Below are positions 1 to 10,328 of a stretch of DNA of 43,281 bases, piece after piece. The translations under genes and the position numbers were made by a program. The first letter of the stretch is position 1; the number at the start of each line of letters is the position of its first letter. This DNA comes from Chiloscyllium plagiosum (lineage: Eukaryota): positions 11,429,362-11,472,642 of the forward strand of contig NC_057754.1 of NCBI RefSeq assembly GCF_004010195.1. Reading direction: 5' to 3'. A model generated the notes under the pieces. The model saw only the letters and a program-made list of their open reading frames with translations. It had not been told where the DNA came from and did not search any database.

Positions 1-224
1 ACTTCCATATTCGCCACAAATTCACCTGCACCTCCACACACATCATCTATTGCATCCGCTGCACCCGATGTGGCCTCCTCTATATTAGGGAGACAGGCCG
101 CCTACTCGCGGAACGTTTCAGAGAACACCTCTGGGACACCCGGACCAACCAACCCAACCACCCCGTAGCCCAACACTTTCAGCTCTGATCTCCAGCATCT
201 GCAGTCCTCACTTTCTCCTCGAAG
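1..224 (+). mobile_element. Penelope-like element 3' fragment (GIY-YIG endonuclease end joined to terminal tail)
   Basis: Translates to FTCTSTHIIYCIRCTRCGLLYIRETGRLLAERFREH, nearly the same as the 6009-7130 copy. It then jumps at CAACAC to the tail AGCTCTGATCTCCAGCATCTGCAGTCCTCACTTTCTCC. Confidence 0.9.
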
Positions 225-518
225 ATATGTCCTATAGGGGCCGTTATCCCCTTTCTGACATTAGTTTGAGAACAGACATCACATTGCAATAATATATAAC
301 CCACTGAACCCTGCAAGTAAGGTGACCAAAAGCTATCAATCTATTTACCTCAGCACTTCCCCTCTAGCACAGTGATCCAACCCATGTGCCACCGAGGTGA
401 GAATGGTCAACAAAGGGGTAGGTGCCATCCACAAAACATCTTCTGTGCACCACAGGCCTTCCTGGTTATGCCTGCCCCTCTCCCCTTTGTCCCTGCAACA
501 GCTGCTCAGCTAAGGTCA
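225..518 (-). pseudogene. pol: Endogenous retrovirus integrase N-terminal HHCC zinc-binding region, disabled
   Basis: Manual minus-strand translation gives EGLWCTEDVLWMAPTPLLTILTSVAHGLDHCARGEVLR*...FWSPYLQ...LQCDVCSQTN, an H-x3-H...C-x2-C motif, with stops and a frameshift. Confidence 0.8.
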
Positions 519-1896
519 AAGGAAGAACCAAAAACAAAGAAAATGTACAGCCCAGGAACAGGCCCTTGGACCCTCCAAGCCTGAGCCAATCCAAATCCAC
601 TGTCTAAAACTGTCTATACCCTTCATGCTTTTGTAGACCTCAATCCGGTCCCCCCTCTATCTCCTTTTCCTTAAGAAAATAATCCTAACCTACTCAACTT
701 CTCTTCATAGCCAGCACCTGCCATACTAGGCAACATCCTCGTAAATCTTCTCTGCACCCTCTCCAAAGCATCCGCATCCTTTTGGTAATGTGGCGACCAG
801 AACTGTACATAGTATTCTAAATTCAGCCGAACCAATGTCTTGTGCAATTTAACTTGGCCTACCAATACCCTGTCCGATGAAGGCAAGCGTACCAAATGCC
901 TTCTTGAACACTCCATGCACCTGTGCAGCAACCTTCAGGGTATACTTGACCGGAACTCCCAGATCTCTCTGCTCATCAACATTTCCCAATGCTCTTCCTC
1001 TTACAGTATAGTTCACTCTAGAATCGGACTTCCCAAAATGCATCACCCCACATTTTCCTGGATTGAACTCCATCTGCCACATCTCCACCCAACTCTCCAG
1101 TCTGACTATATTCTCCTGTATTCTTTGATAGTCCTCTATGCTTTCTACTGCTTCACGTCATCTGCAAACTTGTTGATCAGACCAACAGTGCCCTCTTCAT
1201 TCATGTATATCAGAAACAACAGTGACCCCAGAACTGATCCCTGTGGAACACCACTGGTCACCTTTCTCCATTTCGATTAACTCCCTTCAACTACTACTGT
1301 CTCCTGTTGCTCAACCAGTTCTTTATCCACCTAACTAGAACACCTTACACATTATATGACTTCACTTTGTCTATTAGTTTACCATGGGGAACCTTATCAA
1401 ATGGCTTACTAAAGTCCATGTATATGACATCTTCATCTATCAACTTGGTACTTCCTTAAAGAGCTCTATTAAGTTGGTAATGCACAATCTCCCTCGCACA
1501 AAACCATGCTGGCGGTCACTGATAAGCCCACTCTTTTCCAAATACAAATAAATCCTATCCCTCAGTACCTTCTCCAACAATTTTCCCACCACTGACATCA
1601 AGCTCACTGGTCTGTAGTTACCCGGAATATCCTTACTACCCTTCTTGTACAGAGGGACAACAGGAGTAACCCTCCAGTCCTCTGGCACCTCATCTGTGGT
1701 TAAGGTTGCTACAAAAATATTTGTCAGGGCCCTTTTGGCCCACTTGATTCCTCGTTTAAGATTGGTCCTACTCTTCTAATATTCTTCCAAAGCCTATTCT
1801 GTTCTTAACTGCCTGGACCTTATGTACGCTTCTCTTTTCCTTTTGGCTAGTTGTACGATTTTTCCTGTCATCCACAGATCACGAAGCTTGCCTTTA
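519..1896 (-). mobile_element. CR1 LINE, 5'-truncated and decayed, inserted in the ERV pol gene
   Basis: ORFs contain PGNYRPVSLMSVVGKLLE, QHGFVRGR, WQMEFNPGKC and VQFWSPHYQKD. A 7-bp AAGGTCA is duplicated at 512-518 and 1897-1903. Confidence 0.9.
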
Positions 1897-2772
1897 AAGG
1901 TCACTTTACCTTGTATTGTAATGGTGTCGGCTCTGGTTGGCTCCAGATCTAAACATACCTGGGGCTCAATGACAGCCAAAGTGCCAGTCTAGCTGCTTCA
2001 TCTGCAGCCTGATTACCCTTAACCACCAAATCATCACATTTCTCGTGTGCCCGACACTGTATCATCAACAATGCTTCAATGCAGTTGTCAACTTGACAAG
2101 CTGCTGACAATGTTGTATGGGATCCTCATTGCTCCTCCGGAAGCCCCTTTGCTTCCTTATCACTATAGCTTCACTCTGTAAATGCTGCGGGGTAACAATC
2201 TCACAGTGCCACTCCCCTAAGACTTTACTCCAAATCTCATCAAAAAATCACTGTACAAATGCAGCTCAGACTAGGGTGGCTCAGACAAAGGCAGTAGCGC
2301 TTAAGCATCTGTCCTCCATTTTCCCCAAGTTTCCCAAATATAACCATCTATGTCACCTATCCAATACACATTGGCCTACCTGGCTTCCTGCAACACCATC
2401 TGAGAAGTTGCTCTATCTACATTAAACCCCTCATGTGTACATCCTAATTTTAATTCTAACTGCAATAAAGCATCCCTACCTAACAAATTAAGTGGTGCCC
2501 CCCTAGAGACTAATAAATGCAAAACGACCAGTTAACTACTTACTTGTAAACTTACTGAAACTATAAACCTAGTCAACTGCGGTCTACCCAAGAACCCTAC
2601 ATAGGAAGGAGGGAGGCATACTGCGGTTGGATGCTAGCATACGTAACTCCAGTATCTATCATCACAGTGTAAAAGGACGATTGCCACCTAACCTGTAAAA
2701 TAGGTTCCTGTTCAGCCTCCCGTATATTATCACAGGGTACTGCCCCTTCCCACTCGGGTTCCCTGGGCATCC
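1897..2772 (-). pseudogene. pol: ERV pro-pol remnant: protease, putative 2H-phosphoesterase segment and RNase H C-terminus; RT absent
   Basis: Protease motifs MIDTGVTYASI and NLLGRDAL. Then NVYWIGDI..WGKW..LH(fs)CTVIF. Then RNase H-like KQRGF..PIQH..MIQCRAHEKCDDLVVKGNQAADEAARLA. Confidence 0.8.
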
Positions 2773-4775
2773 CTAGCACACCCTATACAGATTAACAGGC
2801 CCATTGGGCCCGTACGGGGATTTTGTGGCAGGATAGTCAGACATCCCTCACTCAAAGGTCCACCCTGGGGCCGGGAGGGCCAGGTCCAATATGGGCAATT
2901 TCTTCTAAAATGGCTTGGTAAATAACACTCCCCACACACTATTCCTGATCCTCTCTGAATCTGATTTCTCTCTATACCCCTTGGCTCCACCATCTCCTCG
3001 TCCCTGTCCTTGGAGACCCCAGTTCCATCTAGGCAGTTGATTAAGTTTGTTTTGCGCTTGGTATGGTACTTGTGGAAAAGCCCCTCCAAAAACGTTTATT
3101 ACTGGCATGGGGTTTTCAGGCCCTTTTAAGGTGGCGTTAGAGGGTGTTCCCTGGACCGGCATATTATTCATCACAGTAGCGCTGATCAACCCAGTTGTCA
3201 CTGGCAATATTATCTTGCTTTTCTCTCATTCTTTCTTTTTAAGTTCCTGAGCTGCAGCAATGTCAACTTTCATTGCACCTCCTCCTACTGGTCAGCCAAC
3301 TCCTTTATGTCTTTACAGTATCTTTCAACTGCATGGACTACATGTTCTCTGAACTCCTGGGGGGCCATGGACATCAGACCCACTACCTCCTCTAACTTAG
3401 ATTTGACTTGAGGGGCTTTGCCTCAGCAATAGCAGCCGAACCTTCGTGGTCAGCAGCTCACTGCCTTTCACAGCCTGTTCTGTTTCAAGCCTCCACCTTT
3501 TCAACTGGTTGTCCAAAAAGGCTGCTGGGTTTTCAGTGTCTCTCAATGGATGCCCTCTCAAAGCTACGGGATCAATCTCAGGTGGGCAACAGTCTAAGGG
3601 CCTGCCATACCCTTTGTTTTATTCGATCAAACACAGCACTAATCATTGGATTGTCCACCACATTCCTCAGGTAAAAAGAATGACTGCAGATGCTGGAAAC
3701 CAGATTCTGGATTAGTGGTGCTGAAGGGCTTTTGCCCCAAACGTCGATTTTACTGCTCCTCGGATGCTGCCTGAACTGCTGTGCTCTTCCAGCACCACTA
3801 ATCCACCACATTCCTCAGGCAGACTCGGTCCATTACCACTCTTAATGTTGAGAGTCCCACCACCTGTATTAGCAGTGCCTTCAAATCACCCACAGCCAAC
3901 AACCTTCCTGTGGTTTCATCTTCAAAGGCTCTAATCCACTTTCCTACTCGATAATGTAAACTGGGCAACACATTTCTCAGCCTTTCCAGATCCTGGGTTC
4001 CCCAAGGAATGAATAACAACTGTCTCCCCTCTTTTATAGACAAATGCAGCATCTTTCCCTGTCGAAGCTTCTTTCCTTTATTAAAATTGCAACATTGTGA
4101 TTCCTCACCGGATTCCAATTCTAACCTAACTTGTATTTCACCATTCTCCCCTGTGTTACTGGCACTTTACCTTTCCTGCCTCTCATTTCCATTTTTAAAC
4201 GCATTCTGTTCTGGGTCAGTTGCATCCAAATCTAATTCCCACATTGTCTCTAATGTCCCCTTATCACAAGACAATGTGTTAGGTTCTCCTCACCCAAATG
4301 GGGAGGGTTGCCCCAAGCCGTCCAACCCAGGAAATACAGATGTAGATCTCTGCTGGGCCTCTATACTGGAAGGCTCTTTATTCTGCACTAAACACATGGA
4401 GATGTTCTCATCCCAGCCTTTGTGCAGAGAAGCTGCTCATCCTGCTCTCCGGCACCCCCTGGTCGCAACTCGTGCCTGATAAAACACTCCCAAACCTCCC
4501 CTATAATTCCATACTGCTGTAAAATTTCCAACTCCTATTCCCTCTTCAATATTGTCTTGTTTGATTTACCCTTAAGTCAGCAATTCTTAATTAACCCGTT
4601 CATTTCAGTGCACATATTTCTATCAAAGGTATCCTCTTTCGGTCATTTAGTTAATAAATCCTTAGTTCTTCTTTCATATTTTCCAGAAAGTTTTACAAAA
4701 CTGTGTCTTACTACTGGAAATTTCTTACTCAGTATCTCAATTGCAGTCCCTTATCAATCTATCTGTTCCTAAACA
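2773..4775 (-). pseudogene. gag: ERV gag (matrix, capsid, nucleocapsid), disabled; epsilon-like/fish ERV type
   Basis: Matrix-like (W>*)PKEDTFD near 4.63 kb, capsid-like IPWGTQDL..KWIRAFEDETTGRLLAVGDLKALL, and a CCHC knuckle CGECYLPSHFRRNC near 2.9 kb. Confidence 0.8.
3672..3801. mobile_element. Mini Penelope-tail insertion with internal inversion
   Basis: Exact 18-bp TSD TCCACCACATTCCTCAGG at 3654-3671 and 3802-3819. Inverted repeat GGATTAGTGGTGCTG / CAGCACCACTAATCC. Confidence 0.9.
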
Positions 4776-6008
4776 TCCTCAATTGCAGCTAGTTAATACA
4801 AACAACCTATTCTCATTCATTCAGCCTAAACCAATCTAGGAGTGCATCTGCAAATTGCACTAATTACTAACGGTTTCTTGAAACAATCTCTCAAAAAATT
4901 CTTAAATTCTTAAAGTGCAAAATAAAATCAAAACACCCCCAGATCTTGAGCTCCAGGGAAACAAAACACAAACATTCAACCACCAACAAACAATTATGCA
5001 TACAAACCAGATCGCAATGATTAAATTATAAAATCTTTCTCAGACACACACACATAGAAACATTCTGCAAACTACAACTGCTCCCTCTCTCACACACACA
5101 TTCAGAGCCTTGCTGCAAACAGCCAAGAACTCGGCCATAAATCAATGTCTCTCTCTCTCAGCCAGAGCCTTACTTAAACAGACCCTTTGTTCATTTCCAA
5201 AAATCTAATTATCTTACAGGCCTTATCTAAATTATTCAACAGTCTGGTAACACTTTACCACTATGACTATTCTCTGGTATTTTGCTTTTAACCATCCACT
5301 ATCAATCTGATGGCTTTCTAAACAGGACTATCAGTGCTTTTAGTAAAACAATTCCCCCAGACACTCAGCAAAACTGACCTCACCTCATAATCTGTTAAAG
5401 TATTATTTACTACCCAAATCCCACAATTAAAAAAAAAACAATTTATTCTTTAACACCATGACAATAGAATGTTGAAGAACAACTATCTACACTGCAAGCA
5501 TCCTTTGTCTGATCGATTTATCTACTTCCCACTCGATAACACTATACTGATCCAATAAAAACCCCAAACAAAATCAAGTTTCAAACCCACAACTCTTTTC
5601 ATGAGTTTTTGGAATATGGCAGGTGCATTCTTTTTTCCAAAGGGCATTACCTTGAATTGATATAGCCCATTTAGGGTTACAAATGCAGAAATTTCTTTCA
5701 CTTTTTCTGATAAAGGTACCTGCCAGTAACCACGCAGTAAGTTCAACTAGGTTATGTAACTGACTTATCCAATGTTCTCGATGCAGTCCTGCAATCATGG
5801 AATTGGATACGAGTCCAATTTTGTTACGGCATTGACCTTTCGACAGTTTATACAAAATCATTGAGTACCGTCAGTTTTGGGAACTAAGATGATTGGCGAA
5901 CTCCACTTACTCTGACTCAGTTTGATAGCTTCATTGAGCATCACCTCCAATTCCTCAGGACCTGTCTGACTTTGAAAGGATTAAGCCAACAGTGGTGTTG
6001 TTTTATCA

Positions 6009-7130
6009 GGAGAAAGTGAGGTCTGCAGATGCTGGAGATCAAAGTTGAAACTTTATTGCTGGAACAGCACAGCAGGTCAGGCAGCATCCAGGGAACAGGA
6101 GATTCGACGTTTCGGGCACAGGCCCTTCTTCAGGAATGAGCGGAGAGTGTTCAGCAGGAGAAGATAAAAGGTAGGGAGGAGGGACTTGGAGGAGGGGCGT
6201 TGGAAATGTGATAGGTGGAAAGAGGTCAAGGTGAGGGTGATAGGTCGGAGTAGGGTGGAGGCGGAGAGGTCAAGTAGAAGACTGCAGGTCAGGAAGGCGG
6301 TGCCGGGCTGGAGGGATTCGGCTGAGACAAGGTGGGGGGAGGGGGGGTGAAGAAACTGTTGAAGTCCAAGTTCATCCCCTGTGGTTGGAGGGTTCCCAGT
6401 CGGAAGGTAAGACGCTCCTCCTCCGACCGTCGGGTTGTTGTGGTTTGGCGGTGGATGAGTCCAATGACCTGCATATCCTCGGTGGAGTGGGAGGGGGAGT
6501 TGAAATGCTGTGCCACAGGTTGGTTGGGTTGGTTCGTCCGGGTGGCCCAGAGGTGCTCTCTGTATCGCTCCGCAAGTAGGCGGCCTGTCTCCCCAATATA
6601 GAGGAGGCCACACCGGCTGCAGCGGATGCAGTAGATGATGTGGGTGGAGGTGCAGGTGAATCTGTGGCGGATATGGAAGTTTCCTTTGGGGCCTTGGAGA
6701 GAAGTGAGGGGGGAGGTGTGGGCGCAAGTGTTGCACCTCCTGCGGTTGCAAGGGAAGGTGCCGGGAGTGGTGGTTGGGTCGGTGGGGGGTGTGGATCTGA
6801 CAAGGGAGTCGCGGAGGGAGTGGTCTCTACGGAAAGCTGATAGGGGAGGGGAGGGAAATATATCCTTGGTGCTGGGGTCTGTTTGGAGGTGGCGGAAGTG
6901 ACGGCGGATGATGCGCTGTACATGGAGATTGGTGGGGTGGTAGGTGAGGACCAGTGGGGTTCTGTCCTGGTGGCGGTTGGAGGGGCGGGGCTCAAGGGCG
7001 GAGGAGCGGGAAGTGGAGGAGATGCGGTGGAGGGCACCGTCGACCACGTCGGGGGGGAAATTGCGGTCCTTGAAGAAGGAGGCCATCTGTGTTGTACGTA
7101 TTTTGAACTGGTCCTCCTGGAAGCAGAACA
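6009..7130 (-). mobile_element. Penelope-like element (Neptune-type), 5'-truncated, with open GIY-YIG endonuclease frame; probably young
   Basis: Stop-free frame with a Cys linker PCNRRRCNTCAH and IIYCIRCSRCGLLYIGETGR...HFNSPSH...GTLQPQGMN. CpG-rich. The tail carries a hammerhead-like motif and AATAAA. Confidence 0.92.
6102..6137 (-). ncRNA. Minimal hammerhead-ribozyme-like motif (Penelope-associated variant)
   Basis: The minus strand reads ATTC-CTGAAGA-A-GGGC-CTGT-GCCC-GAAAC-GTC-GAAT. Stem I is ATTC/GAAT, the cores are CUGANGA and GAAA, stem II is 4 bp, the triplet is GUC, and stem III is essentially absent. Confidence 0.75.
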
Positions 7131-9152
7131 GCAGAACAGCAATCCCTATGCCTACCTCATGCACAATAGTGTTAATCCTTCCCATCTTATTCCTGCACAT
7201 GTCCTCATACTGATGCAACAAACCTTTCAATGCTCTTTGCTCCTGAGACAGTTAGTTTACTAACCTTTCCCACTCCTCATTATTTAACATACTTTGAGGC
7301 ACAGCAAATTCCACAACATCTGGATTTGATTCCTCACTCTGCTGACTGATAACTAACATCTGTTTTTCCAGTTCCTTCTCTCTATTATAATAAGGTTTCA
7401 ACATATTCACATGACATATCTGATACAGATTTTTTTTTCTATCTGGCATCTTTACTAGACAGTTCACATGTCTCAACCTTTTCTCAATTTGATAGGGACC
7501 ACTAAACCTGGCTTTGAAGATATCTCCTATCATGGATAACAATACTAATACATCATTTCCATGGGAAAATGTCTGAATCACAAAGTTTTTTTTTATCTGC
7601 CACCTGCTTCATTCTAGGTTGTGCCCTCTTTAGGTGCTGTTTACCTTACTCACCTACCCGATTTAATCTCTCCCTCACCTCTGATACATAATCTAAGTGT
7701 AAGATCTGTGACTTTGGTCCTAACCATTTTTCTTTCATTAATTTCAAAGGGCCTCTCACTTCATGCCTGAATATTAACTCAAAGGGAGTAAACTGAGTAG
7801 ATTTTTTAAGGCATCTCTAATGGCAAACAATACAAATGAGCTACCTTTATCCAAATCGTTCGCTGTCAACATGGTTTTCAGAGTCTGATGTCACCTTTCT
7901 ATAGTTCCCTGGGGTTCAGGATGACACACAGTTTATTTAAAGTGCTGTATACCTAAGCTATCCATGATTTCCATAAAAAGCCTAACTGTAAAATTAGACA
8001 CTTGGTCTGACTGAATCTCTCTGGCAGCCCGTACCATATGAAGAAAGTTGCTAACTCCTCTACCACCCTTTTGGCCTTGATAATCTAGAATGAAATTGTC
8101 TCTGGAAATCTGGTAGATACATCCGTTATGGTTATCAAATACTAATTCCCACTTTTAGTTCTCAGGAGGGGACTTACACAACCAATTATAACCTGCATGA
8201 AAGGTTCTTCAAATGCAGGAATTGGCAACAATTTTGGCAACAGTTTTATTACTGTCTGTGGCTACATTTGGAATGTATGACACTTCTGGAAAAGGTTAAC
8301 CACATTGTTGTGCATTCCAGGCCAATAGAAATGTTTTTGTACGTTAGTCTGAAGCTTTCATACCCCAAAGTGAACTCCTACAGGTAGTTCATGTGCTACC
8401 TGTAACACCTCCTGTCTGTATGTGACCGGCATCACAGTCTGGTGGACTTTAGCCCATTTCTCCTCTGCACTAACCTGCCATGGTCTCCATTTCTGTTTTA
8501 TGATTCTATCTTTCAGATAATAATACTCATGAATATTCTCTGCCTCCTTTTCGGAGTACACATCAACATATATATCTTTTATTGCCTCATCTTTCTGTTG
8601 CAAGACCATTAGCCTTTCAGGACTAAACACTTCTGCCTGACCCTCTGCCTGTTCAGGGTTTACCTGTACCATTACGTCAAACAGGGTGTCTGCTAACAGA
8701 ACCTCAACTCCATAATTTTTGCTTTGTGCTGTGACTTATGATCATGGGCTCTTGTAACTACACAGTCTGAGAAAATGCCTGGATAATTTCCTTTCAACTC
8801 CTTGGGTCCCTGGTCTTCCTTCAGCTTCTCCGCAACAAGGGGTGTCACTCCCACCTCAGACCCTGCTAAATTGTTCCCAAGAACAAACTGGTTTCCTGGA
8901 ACTGACACTCTGTCAATACTCCCACTGTTACTTCCTGAGTCCTGATGTGACACTCCATTCTGATCTTACATAGGGGATCGCTAAATTTCTGTCCATCCAT
9001 TCCACAAATTACCACTCTCTCGGATAATAGGTCAGAAAGAGTGCAAAATTATTCATCTCTTAGCATCTCTCAAAATTATAACTTCTTGTCCTTCTCCCCA
9101 TTCTTTCTCAGTGAATTTTACCCACAGAGGCGAATTCTTTATGAAGATCAGG

Positions 9153-10220
9153 CACTATCACAAAGACAATGCAGTTAGAAGGCCTGATTCATATGCGATT
9201 CCATGTTTGGAAGACTGTATTGAGAAGTTGGGACAAACAACATATATATCTAAGTTGGACTTGCTCAGAGAATACTGGCAGATACCTTTATCTAAAAGAG
9301 CAAAGACAATTTTGGCCTTCATAACACAAATTGGACTGTACCAATTTAAAATCATGCTATCTGGTATGAAAAATGCGCCAATCACATTTCAAAGACTAAC
9401 CAATAGAATCATTTCTAGATTATCCAGTTGTGTGGTACACATTGATGACCTCATGATTTTTTAGTCATACATGGAAAGAACATTTGCAGCATTTATTGGA
9501 ATTATTTTATAGACCTTGGGAGGCAAGCTTGGTGATCAGCCTGGCTAAGAGTGAATTTGCTAAAGCCCAAGTCATGTTCCTGGGCTATGGTATCAGACAG
9601 AATGTAAAAATAAAGGTTATTGGGGTGTGTCCCATACCATCAATGAAGAGAGCAGTACTATGATTCCTGGAATTGAATGGGTTTTACTGGAAGTTCATAC
9701 CGAATTTTGGCAGTGTGGCTACTCCACTCACTGACTTATTGAAGAAGAGCAGAAAATTTCAGTGGACAGAGGAACGTCAGAAGGTATTCAGTAGTCTAAA
9801 ATCTATGTTAACCACTGCCCCAGTATTAGCCACACCTAATTACGCAAACTTATTCAAGTGGCTATTCATGCAAGTGATGTGGGTATTGGTGCTGTGCTCT
9901 TACAAGAAGAAGATGAGAAGATAGAAAGACCTACAGGGTAATTCTCCAGAAAATTGAATATTCATCAACAGAAATATTTGAGAATTGAGAAAGTAACCTT
10001 GAGATTGGTGTTGGCGTTACAACATTTCAATATCTATATTGCCAGTGAAGCGTCGAGACAATCGTATATACTGATCGTAACCCATTAAAGTTTTGGGAGA
10101 AATTTAATGACAATAATTCCAGACTGTTTAGATGGAGCTTATTACGGCCATTCAATTTGAAAATTGTACATGTGGCAGGAAAAGAAAATAAAATTGCCAA
10201 TGTGTTGTCATGACCCAGAT
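9153..10220 (+). mobile_element. Second Gmr1-type Gypsy element: RT and RNase H remnant
   Basis: DSYAIPCLEDCIEKLG, LDLLREYWQIPL, VHIDDLMIF and LTTAPVLATPNY, then RNase H ending VAGKENKIANVLS* with no integrase before the LTR. Confidence 0.88.
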
Positions 10221-10328
10221 GAAGACATTTGGAGATGCGTGTGTGTTGTCGTGTACTAATACAGTAAGACTAAGGGTTTTTAAATGAAACCGTTTTTGTA
10301 TATTGATATTTTTTAAGGGGGGGGGAAG

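Larger units (their letters stand above)
5580..9152 (-). mobile_element. Gmr1-type Ty3/Gypsy LTR retrotransposon pol remnant (protease, integrase, then RT), interrupted by a Penelope element
   Basis: Along the minus strand: protease-like EVIILRD (~9.07 kb) and FVLGNNLAG; integrase AHELPVGVHFGV to FSGPYQIEKR..ICHVNMLKPY (8.67-7.25 kb); RT LLRGYWQVPLS..YQFKVMPFG (5.9-5.58 kb). Confidence 0.85.

Noticed and set aside
6077..7263. Several overlapping Pro-rich or Gly-rich ORFs (224, 256, 126 aa and others)
   Set aside because: These are alternative frames and antisense frames of the GC-rich Penelope element.
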